Shown here piece after piece: positions 35,305 to 44,672 of a stretch of 64,000 nt of DNA. The position numbers and the translations under genes are program-made. Location: assembly GCA_004799545.1 (NCBI GenBank), contig SSMU01000019.1, positions 151 to 64,150 of the forward strand, given 5' to 3'. Below the pieces are notes generated by a model that was given only the letters and a program-made list of their open reading frames with translations, did no database searches and had not been told where the DNA came from. Numbering within the stretch: position 1 is the first letter of the stretch; the number at the start of each line of letters is the position of its first letter. The stretch is from Phenylobacterium sp. (GTDB lineage Bacteria; Pseudomonadota; Alphaproteobacteria; Caulobacterales; Caulobacteraceae).

Positions 35305-35346
35305 CAGGCAAAGCTACGCAAACCCCTGTGGAGGCCTTCCCATCGC

Positions 35347-35814
35347 ATGCCCAGTCTCAGCCAGATGTTCACCAGCGCGGCCAGCGGCACCTCCCGCTGG
35401 ACGGGCCGGCCCTCGGCCTTCCTGCTCTGCTGCCTGATCGTGGTGGTGTGGGCGGCCAGCGGCCCGGTCTTCCACTACTCGGACACCTGGCAGCTGGTGA
35501 TCAACACCGGCACCACCATCGTCACCTTCCTGATGGTGTTCCTGATCCAGAACACCCAGAACCGCGACAACAACGCCGTGCAGGCCAAGCTCGACGAGCT
35601 GATCCGCGCCTCGAAGGCCAAGAACGAGTTCATCGGCATCGAGCACCTGAGCGATACGGAGCTCGACGAAATCCTGGCTGAATGCGAACGGCACCGGCCG
35701 GACGCCCTGCGCCGGGCCGAAGCCCGGGCCGACAGCAAGAGCCAGGCCGAGATCTCCGCCGCCCGCAAGAACGCCACGCGCCGCGCCAAGGCGCCGGTCC
35801 GCAAGCGCGCCTAG
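35347..35814 (+). CDS. low-affinity iron permease family protein
   Basis: ..[48 protein letters not shown].. is the hallmark of the bacterial Fet4-like 'low affinity iron permease' family. The product is 155 aa. Confidence 0.7.
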   Translation: MPSLSQMFTSAASGTSRWTGRPSAFLLCCLIVVVWAASGPVFHYSDTWQLVINTGTTIVTFLMVFLIQNTQNRDNNAVQAKLDELIRASKAKNEFIGIEHLSDTELDEILAECERHRPDALRRAEARADSKSQAEISAARKNATRRAKAPVRKRA

Positions 35815-36266
35815 CGAGTCCTCCGGCGCAGCCAGGCCGCCACCGCCCAGGCGTGCGACTCGCGGTCGAGACGCACCAGGGCTTCGTAAGGGTCGGTCCA
35901 GACCAGGGCGTGGTCCTCCTCGACCTTCAGCGACGAGGCCTCGCCGATCAATCGGGCGGTGAAGAAGACGCCGCGGGTGTTGCGCGACACGCCCTTCTCG
36001 TTGGTGAAATAGTGGTCCGCACGGACGAAGGCCTCATCCGGCGCCACGACTAGGCCAGCCTCCTCGCCGCATTCGCGGGCCGCCGCCTCGGCCTCGGTCT
36101 CGCCCGCGTCCACCCCGCCGCCGGGCAGATCGACGCGGCCGCCGCCGTCCGCGAAGGTGACGTGGACCAGGGCGATCTTGCCGCCCTGCTCGACCACCGC
36201 GAAGGCGGCCGGCCGGTCCGGGTAATCGCGGCCCGGCTCCGGCGTCCCGAACTGCGGGACACTCAT
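35811..36266 (-). CDS. NUDIX hydrolase
   Basis: Nudix box GGGVDAGETEAEAAARECGEEAGL. ATG 36266 overlaps the upstream stop codon by 1 nt. Confidence 0.8.
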   Translation of the reverse strand: MSVPQFGTPEPGRDYPDRPAAFAVVEQGGKIALVHVTFADGGGRVDLPGGGVDAGETEAEAAARECGEEAGLVVAPDEAFVRADHYFTNEKGVSRNTRGVFFTARLIGEASSLKVEEDHALVWTDPYEALVRLDRESHAWAVAAWLRRRTR

Positions 36267-37273
36267 CAGTCGAGGCCGTAGATCGCCGGATAGGGATCGA
36301 CCTTGCCGGCCTCCACGTCGGCCACTGAGACGGGCTTGTAGCCCACCGTCTCGCGGCCGCTGGTCCGCCAGGCCTCGACGATCTGATCGCGCAGCTCGCT
36401 CGCGCCCACCGCGAGCTGCTGGGTGGCCAGCGCCGTGCCGTGCGGATCGCCGGGGGCAAGGCCGCCCGCCTTCACCATCTCGTAGAACGGGACCACCAGC
36501 TTGCCGGTGGCGGTGAGATAGGCCGCGGTCCGCTGCTCGATCGCGCAATCGCAGCTGTGGAACGGCGCGACCCTGGCGGCCACCGCGTCCTCCTTCACCG
36601 TCGCCTGCACGAGATCGCTCTCGAACGGGGCGTGGACATGCTCAGTCGAATAGCTGTTTGGGTTGGGATAGGGGCCCCAGCCGTTGAAATGGACGGTCAC
36701 GTGCAGCGGCTGGCTGCCGTCGCCAACGAAGTGCGACAGCTCGCCGATCGCCACCAGGATCTGCTGTTCGCGCCGCCGCCGGTCAGCCGCGAACCAGGCC
36801 CGGTGCGTCGCCCAGGCGGGATTGGCCTCCGCGGCCGTGTCGACCCGCCAATAGGCGAAGTCCTTGGCCAGCTGCTGGTAGCGGTCGACGATCGAATAGG
36901 GGAGGTAGCCGCCCTTCCAGCTGTCCTGGCCGACCGCGCGCAGGGCGGCGTCGTATTCCGCCCGGGTCTGCGGCAGGGCGGAGAGCGCGGGCCCGCCGAA
37001 CACCCGCCCATCGTCGCCCAGGTCGAGGAAGTGGCCCGGATCGCGGTCGCTGTCGTATGCCTTGCCGGCGCCCTTGGCGCGGTCCGGCTCGCGGGAATAT
37101 TCGCCGACGTCGAGCGCCGCCTGCGGCGTGTGCAGGAAGGCCGGCAGCTCGGCCGGGAGCGCCCGGGTGGCGACCTCGCCGATCATCCGGTGGCCGGTGG
37201 CGCCCCAGGCGAGCGCCGAGACGGGAAGGGCCGCGACCGCGGCGGCGAGGGCGACGAAACCGAACCTGTTCAT
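36266..37273 (-). CDS. S1/P1 family nuclease
   Basis: The signal peptide is followed by WGATGHRMIGEVA (the mature N-terminal Trp/His zinc ligands of the S1/P1 family). ..HFVGDGSQPLH.. is also present. The product is 335 aa. Confidence 0.8.
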   Translation of the reverse strand: MNRFGFVALAAAVAALPVSALAWGATGHRMIGEVATRALPAELPAFLHTPQAALDVGEYSREPDRAKGAGKAYDSDRDPGHFLDLGDDGRVFGGPALSALPQTRAEYDAALRAVGQDSWKGGYLPYSIVDRYQQLAKDFAYWRVDTAAEANPAWATHRAWFAADRRRREQQILVAIGELSHFVGDGSQPLHVTVHFNGWGPYPNPNSYSTEHVHAPFESDLVQATVKEDAVAARVAPFHSCDCAIEQRTAAYLTATGKLVVPFYEMVKAGGLAPGDPHGTALATQQLAVGASELRDQIVEAWRTSGRETVGYKPVSVADVEAGKVDPYPAIYGLD

Positions 37274-37324
37274 ACGCCTCGTTTGGCCGCTCGCCAGGGC
37301 GATGGCAAGGGCGATGGCGATGGC

Positions 37325-37909
37325 TCAGGCGGCGATCTTCAGGGCGGTCTCGACGCGGCCGATCCAGGCCTGCACATGGGGATAGTCGGCGAGCTGGAAC
37401 CCGCCGTCGCCGGCCTCGCGGGTGTAGGCCACCAGGGCGACGTCGGCGAGGCTGAGGCGCTCGCCGACCAGGAAGGCCTGGCCCGCCAGGGCGTCGTCGA
37501 GCCGCTGCAGGGCCCCCTTCCCGCGCTCCACGATCCGCGGCTCCAGCTCGCTCACCGCCTTGCCGAGGTAGCGCACCTGGAAGCGGGCCACCGCCACATA
37601 GGGCTCGTGGCTGTACTGCTCCCAGAACAGCCACTCCAGCATGCGGGCGCGCTCATAGGCGTCGGCCGGGATCAGGTCGGAGCCCTCGGCCAGGTGCAGG
37701 ATGATGGCGTTGGACTGGGCCAGCGGGCGCCCGTCTTCGAGGATCACGGCCGGCACCTGGCCCGCCGGATTCATCGCCAGGAAGGCCGCGGTCCGCGACT
37801 CGCCCTTCTGGATATCGGTCTCGATCCACTCGTAGGCGAGGCCCAGGTGGTCGGCCGTCCACTTCACCTTCAGGCAGTTTCCCGAGATGGAGTCCCCAAA
37901 AATTCTCAT
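37325..37909 (-). CDS. glutathione S-transferase
   Basis: The GST N-terminal domain is MRIFGDSISGNCLKVKWTADHLGLAYEWIETDIQKGESRTAAFLAMNPAGQVPAVILEDGRPLAQSNAIILHLAEG. Confidence 0.85.
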   Translation of the reverse strand: MRIFGDSISGNCLKVKWTADHLGLAYEWIETDIQKGESRTAAFLAMNPAGQVPAVILEDGRPLAQSNAIILHLAEGSDLIPADAYERARMLEWLFWEQYSHEPYVAVARFQVRYLGKAVSELEPRIVERGKGALQRLDDALAGQAFLVGERLSLADVALVAYTREAGDGGFQLADYPHVQAWIGRVETALKIAA

Positions 37910-38091
37910 GTGCGGCCCCTCCCAGCTCGTCGCGGGATGCGCGCAATCCCTTCGTGAGGCAAGCGACGCCGGCTCACACCCTGTGTTAGGATTTCTATCG
38001 GTACAGTGCGCCGCAGCCGTTCGGGGTTGCCCCCACGGGTCCTGGCGGATACGACTCCGTCACCAGATTCACCGACGAAGGAGACGCCGTC

Positions 38092-38568
38092 TTGCGACGC
38101 CGCCTCGCCGCACTGGCAGCACTTCCACTCCTCGTTCTCGGGTCGAACGCGCATGCCGCGGCAAACGATCCCGTGGGCGACCTGATTATGTCGGTGGTGA
38201 CCGGCACGCTGCCCACCGGCCCTGTCTTCAACCTGAAGGCGACGCTCTATCACGCCGGCGCGCGGGGCGTCGGCGCGCTGGATTCGCTCGGCTGCAAGGT
38301 CGTGGCCATGCGCACGGTGGCGATCGACACCAACCTGATCCCAAAGCGCAGCATCCTGTTCATCAAGGAAACCGTCGGCCTGAAGCTGCCCGACGGTTCG
38401 GTCCATGACGGCTACTGGTACGCCTCCGACACCGGTGGCGCGATCAAGGGCCAGCGGATCGACCTCTACACCGGCGGCGTCCATTCCGCCGCCAAGGCCG
38501 AGGCGCTGAACCTCGCCCGCCTGACCGCCGTCAAGGTCGGCGACTTCAAGGGCTGCCCGCCCGACTAG
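38092..38568 (+). CDS. 3D (MltA C-terminal-like) domain-containing secreted protein
   Basis: TTG start, signal peptide MRRRLAALAALPLLVLGSNAHA. ..VAIDTNLIPKRSILFIKE...WYASDTGGAIKGQRIDLYTG is the 3D domain pattern. Confidence 0.7.
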   Translation: MRRRLAALAALPLLVLGSNAHAAANDPVGDLIMSVVTGTLPTGPVFNLKATLYHAGARGVGALDSLGCKVVAMRTVAIDTNLIPKRSILFIKETVGLKLPDGSVHDGYWYASDTGGAIKGQRIDLYTGGVHSAAKAEALNLARLTAVKVGDFKGCPPD

Positions 38569-38592
38569 GTCGGACGCACAAGCCCTTCCCCA

Positions 38593-39408
38593 TCAGGTTT
38601 CGACGAAGGCGCGTTCGAGGACGAAGTCGCCGGGATTGGCGATCGAGCCTTCCGCGAAGCCGCGGTCGATCAGCTGCTGTTTCAGGTCGACCAGCACCGA
38701 CGGGCCGCCGCAGAGCATCACCCGGTCCACCGCCGGATCGAACGGCGGGGTCCCGATGTCGCCGAACAGCCGCCCGCTCTCGATCAGGTCGGTGATCCGG
38801 CCCTCAGTCTTGAACGCCTCCCGCGTCACCGTCGGATAGTAGATCAGCTTGGGGGCGATCAGCTCGCCCAGGTGCTCGTCGGCCGGCAGTTCGGTCTCGA
38901 ACAGCTCGCGGTAGTTCAGGTCCCGCGCCTCGCGCACCGTGTGGGTGACGATCACCTGGTCGAAGCGCTCGTAGACCTCCGGGTCGCGGGCCAGCGACAG
39001 CCAGGGGGCGAGCCCGGTGCCGGTGCCCAGCATGTAGAGCCGCTTGCCGGGCTTCAGGCCGTCGAGCACCAGGGTGCCGGTGGGTTTGCGGCCGATCAGC
39101 ACTTGGTCGCCGACCTGGATGCTCTGCAGGCGCGAGGTCAGCGGGCCGTCCTGGACCTTGATCGAATAGAACTCCAGCTCGTCGTGCCAAGCCGGCGAGG
39201 CGATGGAATAGGCGCGCACCAGCGGCTTGCCGTCGTCCTTCTCCAGCCCGACCATGACGAACTGCCCCGAGGCGAACCGGAAGGCCGGATCCCGCGTCGT
39301 GCGGAACGAGAACAGGCTGGGGGTCCAGTGCTGGACCCAGGTCACCGTCTCGATGAAGAAGGCGCTCGAAGGCTTCAGGGCCGGCTGGGCCACGATCACG
39401 TCCGTCAT
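38593..39408 (-). CDS. fpr: ferredoxin--NADP(+) reductase
   Basis: ..FRFASGQFVMVGL...RAYSIASP...LYMLGTGTGLAPWLSL...MLCGGPSVL.. are bacterial-type FNR motifs. The product is 271 aa. Confidence 0.85.
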   Translation of the reverse strand: MTDVIVAQPALKPSSAFFIETVTWVQHWTPSLFSFRTTRDPAFRFASGQFVMVGLEKDDGKPLVRAYSIASPAWHDELEFYSIKVQDGPLTSRLQSIQVGDQVLIGRKPTGTLVLDGLKPGKRLYMLGTGTGLAPWLSLARDPEVYERFDQVIVTHTVREARDLNYRELFETELPADEHLGELIAPKLIYYPTVTREAFKTEGRITDLIESGRLFGDIGTPPFDPAVDRVMLCGGPSVLVDLKQQLIDRGFAEGSIANPGDFVLERAFVET

Positions 39409-39441
39409 TTTACTGTTCGCTGCTCTCTAGACGTCGCGGAC

Positions 39442-40191
39442 CTAGATGTCGCCACCGACATTGGTGATCGCGCCCGGCGCGCGGGCCAGGTGGATGCCGC
39501 ACTCGTTCTTGTCGGAGCCCTTCCAGCGGCCGGCGCGGGCGCCGTCGCCGTCCTCGGCGGGCTGGGTGCAGGGCCAGCAGCCGATCGAGGGGAAGCCCTG
39601 CTCCACCAAGGGGTGAGCCGGTAGCTCGTGCTCGGCCACATAGGCGTCGAGGTCGGCCTTGGTCCAATTGGCCAGGGGATTGAACTTCACTTGGGTCTCG
39701 GTCTGCTCGACCACCGGCAGGGACAGCCGGTCGCCGCCGTGGAAGCGCTTGCGCCCAGTGACCCAGGCCTCGAAGCCTGAGAGCGCCCGGTCGAGGGGCA
39801 AGACCTTGCGGACGTTGCAGCAGGCGTCGGTGTCGCTCTGCCAGAGCTTGGCCTCCGGATCGGCCACCGCCAGGTCCTGGTAGAGCGGCCGCAGGTCGCG
39901 CACGTCGGTCAGGCCAAGGCGCGCCGCCAGGCTGCGCCGGTAGTCCAGCGTCTGGCCAAACAGCATGCCGGTGTCGAGGAACAGCACCGGGATCGCGCGA
40001 TCGACCTTGGCGGCGATGTCCAGCAGGACCACGGATTCGGCGCCGAACGAGGAGACCAGGGCCAGCTTGTCGCCGAAGGTCTCGTAGGCCGCCTCGAGCA
40101 CGGTGCGCGGATGGGCGTGCCGCAGCTCGGCGTCGAGACGGGCCGCCAGGTTGATGGTCGGCTGCGGGAGATTGTCGAAGGCCACGCTCAC
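39442..40191 (-). CDS. cysH: phosphoadenylyl-sulfate (PAPS/APS) reductase
   Basis: ..LALVSSFGAESVVLLD...FLDTGMLF...DACCNVRKV...SIGCWPCT.. are family motifs, and the CC...CxxC cluster suggests the Fe-S APS-reductase type. GTG 40191 overlaps the upstream stop codon (GTGA). Confidence 0.85.
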   Translation of the reverse strand: MSVAFDNLPQPTINLAARLDAELRHAHPRTVLEAAYETFGDKLALVSSFGAESVVLLDIAAKVDRAIPVLFLDTGMLFGQTLDYRRSLAARLGLTDVRDLRPLYQDLAVADPEAKLWQSDTDACCNVRKVLPLDRALSGFEAWVTGRKRFHGGDRLSLPVVEQTETQVKFNPLANWTKADLDAYVAEHELPAHPLVEQGFPSIGCWPCTQPAEDGDGARAGRWKGSDKNECGIHLARAPGAITNVGGDI

Positions 40192-40688
40192 GATCCCCTC
40201 TCCACGAAGGCAGGCGTGCGACCGTCCGCGCTTCGTTGATAGACATGACGGAAGCGGCGGGTGGCCCTGTCCCACGCCTCCGGGGTCGAGCCGTCCGCCG
40301 GCTCGAAGGCGTCGAAACCGCAGCGCAGCATGAAGCCCGCCTGCTCGCGCAGCACGTCGCCCACGGCGCGCACCTCGCGGGTGAAGCCCAGCCGCTCGCG
40401 CAGCACGCGGGCGTTGGAGTAGTGGCGCCCGTCGCGGAACTTCGGGAACTCGAGCGCCACCAGGGCAATCCTCGGCAGGTCGTAGGCCAGCGCCTCGACC
40501 TCATCGGCGGTGGTCAGCCGCACGCCAACGGCGCGACCTTCGCCCAGCAGCCGCTCGCCCTCCGCCTGGAAGCGGGTCAGCGACAGGATCACGTCGCCCG
40601 GCGGGATCGGCGTGTCGTCGTCCACATGGGTGAAGGCGTCGTTGGCCAGCACCATGCCGCCGGCGTGCGCCCTAATGAGCGTCGGCAT
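40188..40688 (-). CDS. DUF934 domain-containing protein (sulfite-reductase-associated)
   Basis: ..LVALEFPKFRDGRHYSNARVLRERLGFTREVRAVGDVLREQAGFMLRCGFDAF.. is the DUF934 signature. It sits between the sulfite reductase gene and cysH. Confidence 0.7.
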   Translation of the reverse strand: MPTLIRAHAGGMVLANDAFTHVDDDTPIPPGDVILSLTRFQAEGERLLGEGRAVGVRLTTADEVEALAYDLPRIALVALEFPKFRDGRHYSNARVLRERLGFTREVRAVGDVLREQAGFMLRCGFDAFEPADGSTPEAWDRATRRFRHVYQRSADGRTPAFVERGS

Positions 40689-42327
40689 AGACGGCCTCCT
40701 TGAAGGGGGCGACGCCGGTGCGGCGGAAGGTGTCGAGGAAGCGCTCGCCGTCGCGCCGCTCGCGCATGTAGACCTCGACCATCTGCTCGACGGCCTCGGC
40801 CACCTTGTCGGCGGGCAGCGCCGGGCCGAGCATCTGCCCCAGGGCGGCGTCCTCCTCGCCGGAACCGCCCAGGGTGAGCTGGTAGAACTCCTCGCCCTTC
40901 TTATCGACGCCCAGGATGCCGATGTGGCCGACGTGGTGGTGGCCGCAGGCGTTGATGCAGCCCGAGATCTTGATCTTCAGCTCGCCCACCGCCTCGGCCC
41001 GCTCGTCGTCGGCGAAGCGGGTGGCGATCTGCTGGGCGATCGGAATGGCCCGCGCATTGGCCAGCGCGCAGTAGTCGAGGCCCGGGCAGGCGATGATGTC
41101 GCTGATCAGCTCCATGTTGGGCGTGGCCAGGCCCGCCTCGGCCAGCGCCTTGTGCACGGCCGGCAGGTCGTCCAGCCGCACGTGCGGCAGCAGCAGGTTC
41201 TGCTGGTAGGTCACCCGGATGTCGTCGAGCGAGAAGCGCTCGGCGAGGTCGGCGGCGACCTCCATCTGCTCCCAGCTCATGTCGCCCGGCGTCTGGCCGG
41301 GGACCTTCAGCGAGACGTCGACGATGGCGTAGCCCGGCTGCTTGTGCGGATGGACGTTGTGGCGGGTCCAGCGGGCGAAGGCCGGATCGGCGGCCTTGGC
41401 CGCCTCGAACGCCTCCGAGCGCGGCGCCAGCTTGGCGAAGCCGGGCCGGAACCAGCCGCGGATGCGGGCGAGCTCGGTGTCGGGCAGGTCGACTTCGGCC
41501 TTGTCGGACTTCTCCCACTCCGCCTCGACCTGGCGGCCGAACTCCTCGGCGCCGAGCGAGGCCACCAGCACCTTGATGCGGGCCTTCCAGATGTTGTCGC
41601 GTCGGCCGTGGCGGTTGTAGACGCGGATGATCGCCTGCAGGTAGCTGAGCAGGTGCCGGGTCGGCAGGAACTCGCGGATCGTCGGGCCCAGGTAGGGCGT
41701 CCGGCCGAGGCCGCCGCCGACCATCACCTCGAAGCCCAGCTCCCCGCCCCGGCCGCGGCGCAGCGCCAGGCCGATGTCGTAGACGCGGGTGGCGGCGCGG
41801 TCCTTGGCCGCCGCGGTGACGGCGATCTTGAACTTGCGCGGCAGGAAGGCGAATTCCGGATGCAGGGTCGACCACTGGCGGATCGCCTCGGCCCAGACCC
41901 GCGGGTCGTCCAGCTCGTCGGCCGTCGCGCCGGCGTACGGGTCGGCGGTGACGTTGCGGATGGTGTTCCCGGAGGTCTGGATGGCGTGCATCTCGACCTC
42001 GGCGAGATGCTCCAGGATCTCCGGCGCGTCCTTCAGCTTGATCCAGTGGAGTTGCAGGTTGGTGCGGGTGGTGAAGTGGCCGTAGCCCTTGTCGTAGACC
42101 CGGGCGATGTAGGCGAGCTTGCGCAGCTTGGCCGAATTCAGCGAGCCATAGGGGATGGCGACCCGCAGCATGTAGGCGTGCAGCTGCAGATAGAGGCCGT
42201 TCAGCAGGCGGATCGGCTTGAACTGGTCCTCGGTGATCTCGCCGGCCAGGCGGCGGGTCACCTGTTCGCGGAACTCCGCGGTCCGGTCGGCCACGAACTC
42301 CTTGTCGATCACGTCATAGCGGTACAT
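40672..42327 (-). CDS. nitrite/sulfite reductase hemoprotein (assimilatory sulfite reductase type)
   Basis: 551 aa. The siroheme/4Fe-4S cluster motif is ..CPGLDYCALANA...GCINACGHH.. The N-terminus is ..FKPIRLLNGLYLQLHAYMLRVAIPYG.. Confidence 0.85.
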   Translation of the reverse strand: MYRYDVIDKEFVADRTAEFREQVTRRLAGEITEDQFKPIRLLNGLYLQLHAYMLRVAIPYGSLNSAKLRKLAYIARVYDKGYGHFTTRTNLQLHWIKLKDAPEILEHLAEVEMHAIQTSGNTIRNVTADPYAGATADELDDPRVWAEAIRQWSTLHPEFAFLPRKFKIAVTAAAKDRAATRVYDIGLALRRGRGGELGFEVMVGGGLGRTPYLGPTIREFLPTRHLLSYLQAIIRVYNRHGRRDNIWKARIKVLVASLGAEEFGRQVEAEWEKSDKAEVDLPDTELARIRGWFRPGFAKLAPRSEAFEAAKAADPAFARWTRHNVHPHKQPGYAIVDVSLKVPGQTPGDMSWEQMEVAADLAERFSLDDIRVTYQQNLLLPHVRLDDLPAVHKALAEAGLATPNMELISDIIACPGLDYCALANARAIPIAQQIATRFADDERAEAVGELKIKISGCINACGHHHVGHIGILGVDKKGEEFYQLTLGGSGEEDAALGQMLGPALPADKVAEAVEQMVEVYMRERRDGERFLDTFRRTGVAPFKEAVYADAH

Positions 42328-42334
42328 GCCGGCC

Positions 42335-42694
42335 TCACTTCCGCTTGATCAGGGCGACGCGCCCGGTGGAGCGGGCCGCGCCATGCGCATGCTGCAAGGC
42401 CGCGATGTCCTCGCCGCCCAGCGCCTGCTTGCCGTGCTGGGGATGGTTGGTGGGACCCAGCGCCCGCACCCGCTCGCGGTAGCTCAAGGGCGCCCACAGG
42501 CCCTCGGACTCGATCAGGTCGATCAGATAGGGGTCGACCACCACGGTGAGCTGGGACTTGGCCTTCGCCTCGGCCTCGGTCGCCCGGTCTTCGTCGTCGA
42601 AGATGGTGGCGTCGACGAACCGTGCGACCCAGCGGCCATCCTTCCAGAAGACGGCCTCGCCGTCGTCCAGGCGGTTTCCGGTGAGCGCCTTCAT
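42335..42694 (-). CDS. DUF2849 domain-containing protein
   Basis: MKALTGNRLDDGEAVFWKDGRWV... is typical of DUF2849. It sits between cobA and the sulfite reductase gene, as in other alphaproteobacterial cys operons. Confidence 0.65.
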   Translation of the reverse strand: MKALTGNRLDDGEAVFWKDGRWVARFVDATIFDDEDRATEAEAKAKSQLTVVVDPYLIDLIESEGLWAPLSYRERVRALGPTNHPQHGKQALGGEDIAALQHAHGAARSTGRVALIKRK

Positions 42695-43527
42695 GCGCGG
42701 ACCTCCCGCACCAGGTCGGCGACCAGGGCCGCGCCTTCGCCGGCCTGCGCCAGCGCCATGGCCTCGCCGACGATCAGCAGGGCCGGGCCGGCGAGCGCGG
42801 CGGCGGCTTCCGCCAGGCCGCCCAGCGTGGTCACGATCCGCCGCTCGTCGGCGCGCGAGGCGTTCTCGACGATCAGGGCCGGGGTCGATCCCGCCCGGCC
42901 GGCGGCCATCAGGCGCGCGGCGATCGGGGCGGCCATGGACAGGCCCATGTAGATGACCACCGTCTGGTTGGGTCGGGCGAGCGCGGGCCAGTCGAGGTCC
43001 GGCTCCCCGCCTTTCGCCGCATGGCCGGTGACGAAGGTGACCGACTGGGCCGCGCCGCGGTGGGTCAGGGGCGCGCCGGCGCTGGCGCCCGCCGCGAGCG
43101 CCGCGGTGACGCCGGGGACCACGTGGCAGGCGACGCCGGCCGCGCGGGCGGCTTCCAGCTCCTCGCCGCCGCGGCCGAAAATGAAGGGATCGCCGCCCTT
43201 CAGGCGCACGACGATCAGGCCCTCGCGCGCGAAGGCCACCAGCATGCGGTTGATCTCGTCCTGGCTGTAGGAATGGCGCGACTTGCGCTTGGCGACGGAG
43301 ATCCGGCGCGCCGAGGGGGGCGCCAACTCGAGGATCTCGTCGGAAACTAGCCCGTCGTGGACCACGACGTCGGCCCGCTGCAGCGCCTTCAGCGCCTTGA
43401 TGGTCAGCAGTTCAGGATCGCCGGGCCCCGCCCCCACCAGCCAGACCGCGCCGGTCCGGCCCGGCCGGCCGCCGCCCAGGACCACCAGGCCATCTCTCGA
43501 TCCGGACCTGTCGCGCCGCTGGGGCAT
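42691..43527 (-). CDS. cobA: uroporphyrinogen-III C-methyltransferase (siroheme branch)
   Basis: VWLVGAGPGDPELLTIKALKALQRADVVVHD...RLKGGDPFIFGRGGEE...VPGVTAA are SUMT motifs. The true start may lie downstream of ATG 43527. Confidence 0.85.
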   Translation of the reverse strand: MPQRRDRSGSRDGLVVLGGGRPGRTGAVWLVGAGPGDPELLTIKALKALQRADVVVHDGLVSDEILELAPPSARRISVAKRKSRHSYSQDEINRMLVAFAREGLIVVRLKGGDPFIFGRGGEELEAARAAGVACHVVPGVTAALAAGASAGAPLTHRGAAQSVTFVTGHAAKGGEPDLDWPALARPNQTVVIYMGLSMAAPIAARLMAAGRAGSTPALIVENASRADERRIVTTLGGLAEAAAALAGPALLIVGEAMALAQAGEGAALVADLVREVRA

Positions 43528-43700
43528 GGATTAGGTTCTCTAAAAGCCGTTTCACTCGAAACGAGACGGGACGGGCTCGCGCCCGCCCCGCTCACACCCG
43601 CCGATGAAAAGGGCCGATACACCAGCGGACGCTTGCAATTAGGGGCGCGAGAGCCCAATTCGCAAGCCAAGGACTTCTGCCCGGGCTGTCAGGAATTCTC

Positions 43701-44657
43701 ATGGAACGAGCGCCGGAACGCCGTCGTTTGCCGCCGCTCAACGCGCTGCGCGCCTTCGAGGCCGCCGCGCGCCACCTGAACTTCAGCCGCGCCGCCGACG
43801 AGCTCTCTGTGACCCCCGGCGCGGTCAGCCAGCAGATCCAGAACCTCGAAGACTATGTCGGCGCGGCCCTGTTCAAGCGCACGCCCAAGGGCTTGCTGCT
43901 CACCGACGCCGCCCAGACGGCGCTCCCCGCGCTGCGCGAGGCCTTCGACCGGCTGGCCGAGGCTGCGTCGCTGCTGACCGCGGCGGTGGACGGCCGCCGC
44001 CTGACGCTCACCGCCCCGCCGTCGCTGGCCGCCAAGTGGCTGGTGCCGCGCCTGGGCGACTTCGAGCAGAAGCATCCGCAGGTCGACGTCTGGCTGCAGG
44101 CCGGCATGGAGCTGGTGGACCTGAGCGCCGGCGAGGTCGACGTGGCGATCCGCTACGGCTCCGGCCGCTATCCGGGCCTGGAGGTGCACCGGCTGATGAG
44201 CGAGACGGTGATCCCGGTGATCAGCCCCGAGCTCGCCGCCACCCTGCCCTTGAACTCGCCCGAGGACCTGGCCGGCCACATCCTGCTGCACGACGGCTCG
44301 CCGGACCTGGACGACAGCTGCCCGGACTGGCCCATGTGGCTGGCCGCGCGCGGCTTGCGGGGCCTCGACGGCACGCGCGGCCCGCGCTTCAACCAGAGCA
44401 GCCTGGTGATCGAAGCCGCCGTGAACGGCCGTGGGGTGGCGCTGGCCAAGCGAACCCTGGCCCAGGCGGACCTGGAAGCCGGCCGGCTGATCGCGCCCCT
44501 GCAGATCGCCACCCAGGTGGACTTCGCCTATTACCTCGTCCATCCCAAGGCCAAGGGCCGGCTGCCGCAGGTGAAAGCCTTCACCGGCTGGATCGAGGCC
44601 GAGGCCCTGGCCCACGAAGAGGCGCTGCGCACCATCGACAACGGCGCCTTCATCTAG
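43701..44657 (+). CDS. LysR family transcriptional regulator (GcvA-like)
   Basis: The N-terminal wHTH is LPPLNALRAFEAAARHLNFSRAADELSVTPGAVSQQIQNLEDYVGAALFKR. It is divergent from the cys operon. Confidence 0.85.
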   Translation: MERAPERRRLPPLNALRAFEAAARHLNFSRAADELSVTPGAVSQQIQNLEDYVGAALFKRTPKGLLLTDAAQTALPALREAFDRLAEAASLLTAAVDGRRLTLTAPPSLAAKWLVPRLGDFEQKHPQVDVWLQAGMELVDLSAGEVDVAIRYGSGRYPGLEVHRLMSETVIPVISPELAATLPLNSPEDLAGHILLHDGSPDLDDSCPDWPMWLAARGLRGLDGTRGPRFNQSSLVIEAAVNGRGVALAKRTLAQADLEAGRLIAPLQIATQVDFAYYLVHPKAKGRLPQVKAFTGWIEAEALAHEEALRTIDNGAFI

Positions 44658-44672
44658 ACGAGACGAGTTCCG

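Noticed and set aside
38040-38075. Two GANTC (CcrM-type methylation) sites about 10 nt apart upstream of the 3D-domain gene, plus single GANTC sites near other starts (for example 25986-25990 and 30777-30781).
   Set aside because: These are isolated pentamers with no way to assess enrichment by eye. I note them only as possible cell-cycle methylation sites.
43703-43728. A fifth exact GGAAC-N17-CGTT motif.
   Set aside because: It lies inside the first codons of the LysR gene and has no gene start downstream to serve. It is consistent with the roughly one chance match expected in the window.
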